NCBI GenBank assembly: GCA_026395595.1
Contig: JAPLYL010000005.1
Span: forward strand, 76,853 to 140,852
Source of the DNA: Candidatus Parcubacteria bacterium
GTDB taxonomy: Bacteria > Patescibacteriota > Minisyncoccia > Phycocordibacterales > CAIJYI01
DNA length: 64,000 bases
Direction of reading: 5' to 3'
Position numbers and translations under genes: made by a program
The notes under the pieces: model-generated
Seen by the model: the letters and a program-made list of their open reading frames with translations, nothing else
What the model was told of the DNA's origin: nothing
Database searches by the model: none
Shown: positions 21,701-29,100 of the stretch, one piece after another
How the letters are laid out: each line of letters opens with the position of its first letter
Numbering within the stretch: position 1 is the stretch's first letter

Positions 21701-21890
21701 CCATCGTTTCCGCGGCCGTCAGAGTGAAGCTCAAATTATTTCCAGTAGAGCTTACGGTTACATTGGTCGGAGAAACCGTATTGGTACCGGAACCGTCAGC
21801 AGCAAAGACATGAGATAGGGGAACAAAAAGAATTCCCGAGAAGGCGATAAACGAAACGATGATTCTTGCGAAAAAGTTCTTCCCTGTCAT
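12726..21890 (-). CDS. Giant secreted adhesin-like protein (3054 aa): lectin-like head, Ig-like domain, 12 YDG repeats, IPT/TIG-like domain, Ig-like repeats, C-terminal dockerin-like domain
   Basis: Signal peptide (VFA); 3 CBM-like repeats; KxYDG repeats; paired DxNGDG-x-I/V-x-IQD loops at the C-terminus; no C-terminal TM. Confidence 0.9.
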   Translation of the reverse strand: MTGKNFFARIIVSFIAFSGILFVPLSHVFAADGSGTNTVSPTNVTVSSTGNNLSFTLTAAETMDSGGFNITVPSGWSAPNSTPATAGYTTVASASGIVATVLNTLDSISGWTANQHMTLSADTGDKQEGTGSLSNAITANAAANEQWYFNYGGATSWGTAANGANGQRVGMWIKSSVNTASGDLSWQDDNSASLASPLDTLAIAALTANTWKYTSVTLGVARTSQLSYGLRYTTDLGAATIKLDSVSILFDAADVTTNWTGDANISISAVGSGQEGTNSIRCTYAGTAGTGANGECYRTSTALTILPGNKVSFWVRSSVALNAGDFAWVDDNSASLFSITDTVSLPALSANTWTYVTLSIPNLGASSIRSYGLRQVNDKGALTIDIDAMGSIINYGDATTGWTAPTSALQTLSLDASVVHEGTGSLKNVLTAGATAGDSWYQTLGATQNWSGYTTVGFWIRSAVAANAGDLQFVYDDASDVSSPIGSINIGALSANTWTYQKLTLTGTRTSVNSFGIKYVTNIGATTINVDDFLVGPGVPTFPGSGVINTRILGLTAPQTMVVSYNNATAPDTTGNSTFTTQTKISDSGTLTNIASSPVVSVDKVTTMTALGTSLTPQTYGTSVTFTATVTPASGGPATGTVTFKDGVTTIGTGTLSAGVATYSTSTLSVAGSPHSITAVYGGDTTFSGSTSSAVAQTMTAKALTVTGMLATTKEYDGGVTATLTDGSLVGVVSGDVITINTRTGTFATKTVGTGKTVDVTSVTLNGSASGNYTVTNPTDVTGTITAKALTVTGMQATTKEYDGGLTATLTGGSLVGIISPDVVSINTRVGTFATKTAGTGKTVNVTSVTLIGADATNYTVTNPTDVIGTITAKALTVTGMLATTKEYDGGVTATLTGGSLVGIISPDVVSINTRVGTFDIKTVGTGKTVNVSSVTLTGTDSSNYTVTAPTDVTGAITAKALTVTGMTATAKEYDGGITATLTGGSLVGVINPDVVSIDTRTGTFATKTVGTGKTVNVSSVTLTGTDSSNYTVTAPIDVTGAITAKALTVTGMLATIKEYDGGTTVTLTNGTLVGIINPDVVSINTRTGTFATKTVGAGKTVNVTSVTLTGGDSSNYTVTNPTDVTGDITAKALTVTGMLATTKEYDGGITATLTGGTLVGVINPDVVSINTRVGTFTTKTVGAGKAVNVSSVTLSGTDPSNYTVTAPTDVTGTITAKALTVTGMLATTKEYDGGITATLTGGSLVGVINPDVVSIDTRTGTFATKTVGTGKAVNVSSVTIAGTDSSNYTVTAPTDVMGTITVKALTVTGMTADSKEYDGGITATVTGGSLVGIISPDVVTLSSTSASFADKFVGNGKTVTVNSITLGGVDKDNYTVTLPTVGIANITPKTLTVTGMTAENKAYDSFTTATVTGGSLVGVISPDIVTLSSTSASFADKAVGNGKTVTVDSITLGGTDKDNYTVTLPTVGTANITAKALTVTGMTAESREYDRGTSATLVGGTLVGVIIPDDVSISSRVGSFADETVGTGKSITVTSVVLGGTDAGNYTVTNPIGITGDITAKALTVTGMLATTKEYDGGITVTLTGGSLVGIISPDTVSIASRSGSFSDKTVGTGKAVNVSSVALSGTDSENYIVTNPLDVVGNVTAKTITVTGVMADDKVYDGNDTAVVNTTSASLVGVILGDIVTINSSVAVGTFDSANVGLDKPVTISGLSLSGTDATNYILTQPTGITASIRNPVPIITNISPSSKDAGDSGFTLMVNGSGFLSNSVVKFNGSSRTTSFVTSAQLTAEILTSDVITATSSALITVTNPAPGGGTSNAQVFTVAHAATQFVIIPPTAGTVDSSVTVTVQAQKANGVIDTDYQDDVTLNTSGTTATGGGLVSITNGEGTLSLSDTVAETVHLTLTDSQSTLLSVTSAQDLVFAPGAVTDFSLNSPGNMNARTRLGFQITRKDQYSNAVLAGTQTAYLYSNSTSTDKKFYDDSLTDNVITSIDFTDGSALANFWYYDDMPGTYTLTASDHTPTADLDVGINDATRDVTVIPVAVKFVILTASSTSVDSPLTITVQAQKENGDVDASFQEDVTLNADGSVTGDGLVNIVNGVGTKNLSNTVAESIHLTLTDSEGAGLNVDSSATVQWLGGATTQFSLTEPTTLSAGSRVGYTISRKDQHGNSTSQDEITAYLYSSSVSPNKKFYDAETAGTPITSITLLSGQQTANFWYYDEAPGTVTITASDGTPTANGAAGISDAVKVLSVTPGPVSSFTLNNAGDMTAKTRLGYTVTRKDQFGNLVTSGNTTAYLYTTAGALGVDNRQFYDSATLGNPISNVSIGDGSSLAHFWYYEEVAGLYTVTASDSISGPDALGVTDGTASVNVSPAPIVATKFVIIPPSSGTVDSPITITIQAQDDMGSLDTTATSSVMLLTSGAATGAGLVTLTDGVGTIQISDHNAETVHLTLSDVQSTGLNVSSTADAIFSTGEAKQLFIDNPGDTAAGARLGFTVTRKDQFGNLITTGVTNVTLDSSSAGVKRFYDAVSGGSVITSVNILEGQSIARFWYYDELAGSATVTVAGTAPGMTGSNRTFAVAPSSISKFTIDNPGNMTAGTRLEYTLTRKDTFDNLVTSGIVSAYLYSSAATTSSKFYDVATGGFLTDLVAFADGSATTNFWYYEEAPGTWVITASDGTPIANGTTGIQDAADSVTVTLAIITATHFTIQPVSNGTINLPTTVTIRAEDVNGNVDANYNHNVTLVTSGSATGGGVVTMVNGVGTMTIRDTVAETITLSLIDSQSTGLGVSSTQTLIFNAVFVPPTIVNIAGIASLPSVSGVRFTGKAFPGAVLNVVAIGGTDSLQAKKGVATSNGNFVLSFSGLTGGARSYGIVGTDKNNNTTQVKIFDANQANALLQLDVNGILLSPTIGLARGAVTKGDVLGITGAGAPGYKIEIQIDNQPTVITATVDSKGVYKALVPTFDLGFGSHMVRTRQVSPAGLKSDYSPQEVFSVVNIFTPNMDFNGDGTIGIQDYSIFVSRWQSANATLKAKDDLNGDGKVNIQDLSIFVKTLKK
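16690..19790 (-). repeat. Intragenic tandem array of 12 YDG-type domains (~258 bp unit)
   Basis: A-K-A-L-T-V-T-G-M-x-A-x-x-K-E-Y-D-G recurs 12 times; antisense ORF ends recur every 258 bp (18027-19575). Confidence 0.9.
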
Positions 21891-21945
21891 AAAAATAAGT
21901 TATTGCTCAATAAAAATGTAATGTTTGTTTTTATATGATATTTTT

Positions 21946-22332
21946 CTAGCACTTGCCTTCCAGACACTGGTTAACTTTTTCCACAACATCCGAAAGTTTC
22001 CAGTCTGTTTTTACCATATAAGCGACAGGAGAAAGCGCATCTATCTCTTTTCTCCTCCCATCGTCATCAGAAGAAAGATTCGTGAGAAGAATTACTGGCA
22101 CTTGTTTTCCGTAACCGCCGTCCTCCCGTAATTTCTTAAGCATCATTATCCCGTCCATATTCGGCATAATAATATCCAGCAAAATAATCTCCGGATGCAA
22201 CCTCTGCGCTTCCGCTAAACCTCGTATTCCGTCAATGGCAGTAAAAACTTCAAAGCCTTCTCTTTGAAATTTTTCCTCCATGGCTTTTCGGGCGGACGAT
22301 TCGTCCTCAACGATGAGTATTTTTTTTGCCAT
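21946..22332 (-). CDS. Stand-alone response regulator receiver
   Basis: ILIVEDE, ILLDIIMP, VILLTNL, YMVK; no output domain. Confidence 0.92.
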   Translation of the reverse strand: MAKKILIVEDESSARKAMEEKFQREGFEVFTAIDGIRGLAEAQRLHPEIILLDIIMPNMDGIMMLKKLREDGGYGKQVPVILLTNLSSDDDGRRKEIDALSPVAYMVKTDWKLSDVVEKVNQCLEGKC

Positions 22333-22522
22333 ACATCTATTTATGTTTTTATCGTTATTTATAGACTAGATTGTTTAATTGTATCATGTCTCCCCTGCAA
22401 AAAAGCGAAAAATACTTGTGGAAAACTCAAGCCGTGACAAGAAAGCATTTTATCGCAAAAAACTAAAAAGTTGTACACAGGCAAATAAACAAAAAAGGTC
22501 ATTCATTTGATATAATAGTCGT

Positions 22523-23488
22523 ATGTTCAAAAACTTAAAAATCAAGACGAAGATTATCGTCGGTTTTCTTGCAATAAACATTCCGCTTCTTGTTATCGGA
22601 TTTTTTGCCGTCCAAAAGATCTACCAAACCCCAGAACAAATAGACGGCACGGTGCAAAAAAGCATGGACGATCTTTCAAAAGCAACTCGTCTGAGCACTG
22701 TTTCCCAATTGATACGCTATTATGACGAATTCTTTACGCAGTCAATGAGAGACTACGCTTACACGCAAGACAGAAAATGGAGAGACCGCTATGTTTCAGC
22801 TACAACAACAGGAGACGCGCTGGTCGCGGAGGCCGTTGATTCAGGCGACGCAAAAGACAAAGAGATCTTTGCGAGAGTCAACGATGCAAACATGTCAATG
22901 ATAACCATGGAAGAAGATGCTATGCATCTTGTTGACAACAAACGCGCATCCGAAGCGATCAAAATCTTGGAAAGTCCCGAGTATGCCAAACAGAAAGAAA
23001 TATACAAAAACGGTTTGGATGAGTACGCAAAGCTTCATGATGAAAAATACGAAGTAGCCAAGTATGCCTCTGCTGTTGCTCTTCGTAATGCCGCCGTCGT
23101 AAGCAAAAATACCGAAAAAGCAAATATAACCTTTCTGATTGTCACCTTCATCTTTTGTTTTCTTGGTGGCCTTATCATGGATATTTTCTTCGCGTTTTTT
23201 GTCACCAAACCGCTGAAAGAATTGGAAAAAACGGTCAAAACCATCGCCTCGGGAGACGAAAGCGCCAGAAGTCTTATCTGGTCAAAAGACGAAATCGGAG
23301 AAATGGCGCAAGCGCTCAACCAAATGGCTGATAATCTCCAAAAATCAAAAGCGAACGTGGAAGAAAAAGTCGCAGAACGAACGTCCGAATTGGAAAAACT
23401 AAACGCCTTTATGTCTAATCGCGAAATAAAAATGGCTGAATTGAAAAAAGAAATAGAAGATCTCAAAAAGAAACAAACGAATGTCTAA
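22523..23488 (+). CDS. Receptor-only membrane sensor: TM-helical-bundle-TM-HAMP-coiled coil, no output domain
   Basis: Two TM helices around an all-helical extracellular region; HAMP (KPLKEL...DEIGEMA); ends NAFMSNREIKMAELKKEI. Confidence 0.85.
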   Translation: MFKNLKIKTKIIVGFLAINIPLLVIGFFAVQKIYQTPEQIDGTVQKSMDDLSKATRLSTVSQLIRYYDEFFTQSMRDYAYTQDRKWRDRYVSATTTGDALVAEAVDSGDAKDKEIFARVNDANMSMITMEEDAMHLVDNKRASEAIKILESPEYAKQKEIYKNGLDEYAKLHDEKYEVAKYASAVALRNAAVVSKNTEKANITFLIVTFIFCFLGGLIMDIFFAFFVTKPLKELEKTVKTIASGDESARSLIWSKDEIGEMAQALNQMADNLQKSKANVEEKVAERTSELEKLNAFMSNREIKMAELKKEIEDLKKKQTNV

Positions 23489-23491
23489 AAC

Positions 23492-25855
23492 ATGAAAAAA
23501 TTTCTCAAGATAGGAACAAGGATCACTATTACCTTCACGAGTCTTTTTGTGGTACTGGTACTTGCCGGAGGTTTCTTTCTCCAGAGAGAGGGAGCAAAAA
23601 GAAGTCTTGACCTGACCTACGAAAATTTGAAGATCATCAACGAATCAAAAAAACAAAACATACAATCTCTTCTGGAGAACGAAAAAGAAATGATCGCGGT
23701 TTTAGCGGTAAGTCCCACCATTCAAGATCTTTTACTGTCTCCGGAGGGGGTATCAGAGAAACAAAAAGCCATTCAAAAACTCCAGCTTGCCATAGAACAA
23801 GCGCCGGAAATCCGAGAATTAATGATTCTGGATAAAAACGGAAAAATCATTTCCACTTCAAATAAGGAGGAAAAGGATTTTGATAAGTCCGAGAAAAAAT
23901 TCTTTCTCCACGCTAAAAACGAAACGCATATTGAAGATTTCTACTTTTCAAAAACATTCGGTCAAAATTTATATTCAATTTCGTCTCCCTCCAAAAATAT
24001 CAATACTGAGGAATTTTTGGGGGTAGTGGTCGCTCAAATATACCCCAAAAAACTCTACGATATTCTCAATACCAATACCGACAAAAAAACGGAAGAAAAT
24101 TTTCTTATCAATCGTGACCTTTATTTTGTGTCGGGTTCTCGTTTTTTAGGAAACGATATAGTCTTGAAAAAAAAGAATGAGAAACCAAACATAAAAGATT
24201 GTTTTATAGACAAAACAGCGTTTTCATCAGTAAAAATCAAAAATGGGATTGATTACCGCGATGTCCGTATAATAGGAGCATACTCATATATTCCGGAGGG
24301 AGACTGGTGTCTTGCGATAGAAACTAATCAATCGGAAATTCTTGCCCAGTCCAATCAAATGGCAATCATTTTTTTGGTTGCCGGATTACTCTCTTCTTTT
24401 CTTTTTGTTCTTATCGGTTATTTGATCTCAAGGAGAATCACTAAACCGCTTGAAAAATTACGCGAAGGGGTAGAAGTGATAGAAAAAGGAGATCTGGACT
24501 TTAAGGTGGGAACGACCAACCCCGATGAAATCGGCGCCCTTTCTCGCGCTTTTGATAAAATGACTTCCTCTCTTAAAAAAACAAAAGAAGAAATTGATAA
24601 GAAAGTAAAAGAACAGACGTATGAGATAACCAGAAAGGCCGAGCAATTGGAGACACAGCAAAAAGCCACCCTCAACATTTTAAGCGACATAGAAAAAGAA
24701 AAAGAAAAAGCCGAGATGTTCGCAAAAGATCTGGAAAAATTCAAACTTGCCGTGGACGGAGCTTCCGACGGGGTTGTCATTACTGACCTTGAAGGCATCA
24801 TTCTCTATGTAAATCAAGGAGCGGAAAAAATTACAGGTTTTCCGAAGGAAGAGATTGTGGGACAAAAAGCCGGCTGTAAAAAAAATTGGGGCGGTTTGCA
24901 AGATGCTCCGTTTTACGAAAATCTTTGGAATATCATAAAAACGCAAAAAAAAGTATACCTTGGGGGCATGAAAAACCAAAGAAAAAACGGGGAAAAATAT
25001 GATGCCATACTCCACATCTCGCCAATTTTAGGCAAAGATAAAGAAGTAAAATTCTTTGTCGGGATTGAGCGCGACATTTCAAAAGAAAAAATGATTGATC
25101 GTTCAAAAACAGAATTCGTATCGCTCGCATCGCATCAACTCCGCACTCCTCTTTCTTTTGTAAATTGGTATTCAGAGATGCTTCTTGGAGGAGAAGTAGG
25201 TGATTTGAATGAAAAACAAAAAAAATACTTGGAAGAAATATACGCGGGTAATCAGAGAATGATAGATTTGGTAAATTCCCTTCTGAATGTCTCGCGTTTA
25301 GACCTTGGCACTTTCATCATAGAACCAATACAAATAAATATACAGGAAATGACAAAAAGCCTTCTTAAAGAATTAAGGCCTCAATCCGAAAAGAAACATA
25401 TTGTCATTCAGGAGGACTACGATTCCATCCCTCCAACCTTCCTCGCCGACCCAAAATTACTCCGTATGGTATTCCAAAACCTGCTCACTAATGCGATAAA
25501 ATATAATCAAGATTCGGGGACCGTCATGTTGAATGTCCAAAAAGTTGATAAAAAAATTATTTTTGCCGGACAAGAAATGAAAGAAGAAAATCTTGTCATA
25601 TCAGTATCCGATAGCGGTATAGGGATTCCTGACGGACAAAAAGACAAAATTTTCACTAAACTCTTCCGAACAGATAACGCCAAAGTGTCGGAATCCGAAG
25701 GAAACGGCCTCGGACTCTACATCATCAAATCAATTATTGACCAGTCAGGAGGACAAATATGGTTTGATTCACAGGAAAACAGAGGGACCACTTTCTATGT
25801 TTCTTTTCCTTTGTCCGGAATGAGAAAGAAAGAAGGAACCAAAAAATTGGACTAA
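23492..25855 (+). CDS. Sensor histidine kinase dCache-HAMP-PAS-HisKA-HATPase
   Basis: SHQLRTP H-box, NLLTNAIKY, DSGIGI, GNGLGL; PAS (ITDLEG..VNQG). Confidence 0.95.
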   Translation: MKKFLKIGTRITITFTSLFVVLVLAGGFFLQREGAKRSLDLTYENLKIINESKKQNIQSLLENEKEMIAVLAVSPTIQDLLLSPEGVSEKQKAIQKLQLAIEQAPEIRELMILDKNGKIISTSNKEEKDFDKSEKKFFLHAKNETHIEDFYFSKTFGQNLYSISSPSKNINTEEFLGVVVAQIYPKKLYDILNTNTDKKTEENFLINRDLYFVSGSRFLGNDIVLKKKNEKPNIKDCFIDKTAFSSVKIKNGIDYRDVRIIGAYSYIPEGDWCLAIETNQSEILAQSNQMAIIFLVAGLLSSFLFVLIGYLISRRITKPLEKLREGVEVIEKGDLDFKVGTTNPDEIGALSRAFDKMTSSLKKTKEEIDKKVKEQTYEITRKAEQLETQQKATLNILSDIEKEKEKAEMFAKDLEKFKLAVDGASDGVVITDLEGIILYVNQGAEKITGFPKEEIVGQKAGCKKNWGGLQDAPFYENLWNIIKTQKKVYLGGMKNQRKNGEKYDAILHISPILGKDKEVKFFVGIERDISKEKMIDRSKTEFVSLASHQLRTPLSFVNWYSEMLLGGEVGDLNEKQKKYLEEIYAGNQRMIDLVNSLLNVSRLDLGTFIIEPIQINIQEMTKSLLKELRPQSEKKHIVIQEDYDSIPPTFLADPKLLRMVFQNLLTNAIKYNQDSGTVMLNVQKVDKKIIFAGQEMKEENLVISVSDSGIGIPDGQKDKIFTKLFRTDNAKVSESEGNGLGLYIIKSIIDQSGGQIWFDSQENRGTTFYVSFPLSGMRKKEGTKKLD

Positions 25856-25904
25856 ACCCAATATAAACATGTATAATGTTCGTATATAATTATTTTAAAA
25901 AATC

Positions 25905-26312
25905 ATGGAAAACAAAAAAACCATTCTTGTCGTGGAGATTGTAGAAGACGAAGCTTCTATTACGAACGTTCTTACTGACAAGCTGCACAACGAAGGTTTT
26001 TCTGTAATCAAAGCAAATAACGGAAAGGAAGGAATAGATGTAGCAAAAGAAAAACACCCCGATCTTATCTTGCTTGATATCAAAATGCCGGTTATGAACG
26101 GAATAGAAATGCTAAAGGTGCTCCGCAATGACGAATGGGGTCAAACCGTTCCGGTTATTGTGCTCTCAAACTTAAGCGATACCGAAACCATTGCGGAAGC
26201 GATAGACAAAAATACTTTTGAGTATTTTGTCAAAGCGGATACCAAGCTCCAAGAAGTAATAGAAAAAATAAAACAGAAACTCTGTATCCCTCCAAAATCT
26301 CAACAATCCTAA
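25905..26312 (+). CDS. Stand-alone response regulator receiver
   Basis: IVEDE, LILLDIKMP, VIVLSNL, YFVK. Confidence 0.92.
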   Translation: MENKKTILVVEIVEDEASITNVLTDKLHNEGFSVIKANNGKEGIDVAKEKHPDLILLDIKMPVMNGIEMLKVLRNDEWGQTVPVIVLSNLSDTETIAEAIDKNTFEYFVKADTKLQEVIEKIKQKLCIPPKSQQS

Positions 26313-26316
26313 AGAA

Positions 26317-26347
26317 AATCCCGTTCCGATAATACCGGAACGGGATT
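26317..26347. terminator. Bidirectional terminator
   Basis: aatcccgttccg/cggaacgggatt between convergent genes. Confidence 0.8.
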
Positions 26348-26354
26348 GTTTTAT

Positions 26355-27560
26355 TTAAACGTTTTTCAAGACATGACTTGATTTCGCCACTTCATCGAGA
26401 CGGCGTATCAGGTATGCCATGCCTTCTTTTGGAGTCCCTCCTTTGCGGATAAGCGGACAGTACACGGAAACCGGTACACCTACTAAACATAAAGCCCTGC
26501 GAATGGATTCCCCCATGCCGGTCAGAACTTCAAATTCAAAGTTGGCATAATTGCTCCGCGCTTCATTGATGGCAAAAGCAAGGTGCTTCGCATTATGAGT
26601 CGCGGGAGAAACGTGAATATGCTTGCGATACTTCAGCAAAAGCGTAACAACAAGATCAAACATATCATCGGTCTCTTCCTGTGTTTCAAAGAGAGGAAAT
26701 GGGACGCCGAGTTTCTCGGCAATTTCATGTTCCGCTCCCCAATACGCGCCTTTTACCACGCGCACCCGTATCGGATTTTTGCGTTCTCTCGCCACCTCAA
26801 GTATTTTGAGAGCTGAACTGAACGCATCTTTTCGATAGGTTTGAAGCGCGATGCCGACTTCGTTTTTCATAGTACGGAAACGTTCATCAAGCACGGTTTC
26901 AAAAAACGCTTCTTCCGTGAGCTTGCACCATTTGAAGTATTCTTCAGCGTCTATCATGATAGGAGTTCCGCTTTCCTTCGCTGTCGTAAAGAGCTCGGCA
27001 AATTTTTCCTTAAGCAATGCTTTGTTTTGCTCATAGGTATTTTTTTCAAACTCCGATGCTGGGATAAGAGAAGACGGCTTCACTGCCATTTTTCCCCTAA
27101 ATGTTTTCATTACGTATTTATAGCTTTGCATATACGTTTCAGCATTTTCCGGCAAGTGCGCTTCTTCGCCGACAATATCAAGAATAACGTCAGATCCGTC
27201 TTTCAAATACTTCTCTTTTGTTTCCCGATAAGACTTTTCGTCTACCACAAGAAAGTACGGCACCAGTAATTTATTGACGACAAAAAGCAGAATCATGTTG
27301 ACCAAGAAATCGGGCGCTAATTTTTCCGCCAAAGTGAAAATAACCTGCAAGTATTTCGGGAGCGTGTCCCAAATTTCGTGAATCGCTTTGTAGAGATATT
27401 CGGCAGGATTCGGTACGTCATTAATGACGGCCACGAGATCCATAAAAGCCGGTTGAATTTCCGGTATCAGATTACTCATCCTGAGAATGAGTGCGGTCGG
27501 GGTCAAAGGTCGCGCCTCTATAATGGCGCGTTGCAAGAACGCTGTTGAATATCGTTTCAT
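26355..27560 (-). CDS. Proline dehydrogenase family protein (monofunctional PRODH domain)
   Basis: LDIVGE, IDAE, LQTY, VRVVKGAY, ATHN, L-x-GM, AYLIRRLDE motifs. Confidence 0.85.
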   Translation of the reverse strand: MKRYSTAFLQRAIIEARPLTPTALILRMSNLIPEIQPAFMDLVAVINDVPNPAEYLYKAIHEIWDTLPKYLQVIFTLAEKLAPDFLVNMILLFVVNKLLVPYFLVVDEKSYRETKEKYLKDGSDVILDIVGEEAHLPENAETYMQSYKYVMKTFRGKMAVKPSSLIPASEFEKNTYEQNKALLKEKFAELFTTAKESGTPIMIDAEEYFKWCKLTEEAFFETVLDERFRTMKNEVGIALQTYRKDAFSSALKILEVARERKNPIRVRVVKGAYWGAEHEIAEKLGVPFPLFETQEETDDMFDLVVTLLLKYRKHIHVSPATHNAKHLAFAINEARSNYANFEFEVLTGMGESIRRALCLVGVPVSVYCPLIRKGGTPKEGMAYLIRRLDEVAKSSHVLKNV

Positions 27561-27662
27561 CTTTTCTTCCTCCTTTTTGTCTGTCCGCCACGGCCCTTCG
27601 TTTATCTCAGGGCGACAGTGGACTTGTTATGTCAAAAAACTGACGTCGCCCTTAAAGCTACC

Positions 27663-28886
27663 TCATATCCTACCGCCTGTCAAAGCTATTTCCGGCGAAG
27701 AAGCCGGCTTTCGAGAAAAGAAAATAAGAAGAATAACCGCAAAAAGAGACACAGTTCCTCCAAAGAAAAATGGCGCGCTTGGCCCGAATTTGTCCCACAA
27801 AATTCCGGCAAGAAAACTCGCGGGAAGCGCGACCAGCCCTACCGCCGTATTGTAAATACCGTAAGCACGGCCGCGATGATCCGATGGAACCATATCGGCA
27901 ACGAATGCTTTTGCCACGCCTTCCGTGGTGGCATAGTAGAGTCCGTAAAAAGCAAAAAGCAGCCATGCCTGATAGCTCTCGCGAGCAAGAGCAAAACCAA
28001 AGTAAGAAAGCGAAAAAGCGAGCCAGCCAAGAACAATGACCCTTTCTCTTCCGATTTTATCCGACAGACTTCCCAAAGGAATGGAAACGGAAGCATACAC
28101 AAAATTAAAAAGCGCGTACACGAGCGGTATGGCAAAAAGCGCCACGCCAAGATCCTGCGAACGAAGAATGAGAAAGGCATCCGACGAATTGCCGATACTA
28201 AAGAGAATCATGATACCGAGGAAAATATAAAACCGACGAGGCAACGAAATCTTAAGAACAGTATCGGCTGTCTTTAGGGTGACGGGAGTTTCTTTGACTT
28301 TAAATTTGAGAACGAGAAAGGTAAAGAAAAGCGGAACGGTCGTCAGCACCAAAACAATGTGATATTTTGACGGATGATCGCGGAGGAGATACATGAGCCC
28401 GAAAAGTACGATTGGGCCGACGACGGAACCAAAGGTATCCAGCATGCGAGCAATCCCAAATTCTTTTCCGCGTGTCGCCTTTACGGTTGAATCGGCAATA
28501 AGCGCGTCTTTCGGCGAATCTTTGAGTCCTTTGCCGATACCGTCAAGAAAACGCAATCCGAGAATAGTCGAACCGGCGGAAACAAAAGCAAGCAGCGGGC
28601 GTGCGACAAAAGAAAAGAAATACCCGAGAAAAACGAACGGTTTTCTCTTCCCGAATTTATCAGAAAGAAAACCGGCAACAACTTTGAACAAACTCGCTCC
28701 GCTCGTTACCAGCCCTTCAGAAATTCCGATGAGCACTTTATCCAGACCGAGAACATTCGTCAGATACAAAGGAAGTATCGGCTTGAACATATCCTGGCTT
28801 ATGCCGCCGAAGAAACTGATGAGTCCGATATAAAAAACATTCCCGCGTTTCGGTTTCTCTTTTGTCGGAGGAGCATTTGTTTCCAT
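27663..28886 (-). CDS. MFS transporter
   Basis: About 12 TM; motif A G-x-LSDK-x-GKRK and G-x-LSDK-x-GRER. Confidence 0.92.
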   Translation of the reverse strand: METNAPPTKEKPKRGNVFYIGLISFFGGISQDMFKPILPLYLTNVLGLDKVLIGISEGLVTSGASLFKVVAGFLSDKFGKRKPFVFLGYFFSFVARPLLAFVSAGSTILGLRFLDGIGKGLKDSPKDALIADSTVKATRGKEFGIARMLDTFGSVVGPIVLFGLMYLLRDHPSKYHIVLVLTTVPLFFTFLVLKFKVKETPVTLKTADTVLKISLPRRFYIFLGIMILFSIGNSSDAFLILRSQDLGVALFAIPLVYALFNFVYASVSIPLGSLSDKIGRERVIVLGWLAFSLSYFGFALARESYQAWLLFAFYGLYYATTEGVAKAFVADMVPSDHRGRAYGIYNTAVGLVALPASFLAGILWDKFGPSAPFFFGGTVSLFAVILLIFFSRKPASSPEIALTGGRI

Positions 28887-28916
28887 TGATATATTCTACC
28901 ACAAATTTATTCGGGC

Positions 28917-28947
28917 AAAAATAAAACCCCATCAAATGATGGAGTTT
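28917..28947 (-). terminator. Intrinsic terminator of a short intergenic transcript
   Basis: Minus strand aaactccatca-tt-tgatggggttt (G-U pair) followed by tattttt. Confidence 0.65.
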
Positions 28948-29096
28948 GGCTTGCTATCCTTGGTACGCCTGTTGTTTATCGCATGACTCTGCATCGCACA
29001 GGATTTTATCCTTCTCGGGTGCTTCCCGAGAATTGCACTATCACAAAAGAGCTTGATACTGCGGATACGGGTATTTTTTGTGCCCGGGCATCGCAT
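28917..29096. ncRNA. Candidate structured ncRNA (~150-180 nt), family unidentified
   Basis: Long interrupted rod 28953-29094 with apical hairpin ttctcggg/cccgagaa; bracketed by a minus-strand promoter and terminator. Confidence 0.4.
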
Positions 29097-29100
29097 TACC

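Noticed and set aside
12726-21890. Diversity-generating retroelement target
   Set aside because: There is no reverse transcriptase in the window, and I saw no TR/VR pair differing only at adenines.
28917-29096. SRP RNA, RNase P RNA or tmRNA
   Set aside because: The diagnostic motifs (SRP helix-8 GGAA loop context, GAGGAAAGUCC, tRNA-like ends) were not seen.
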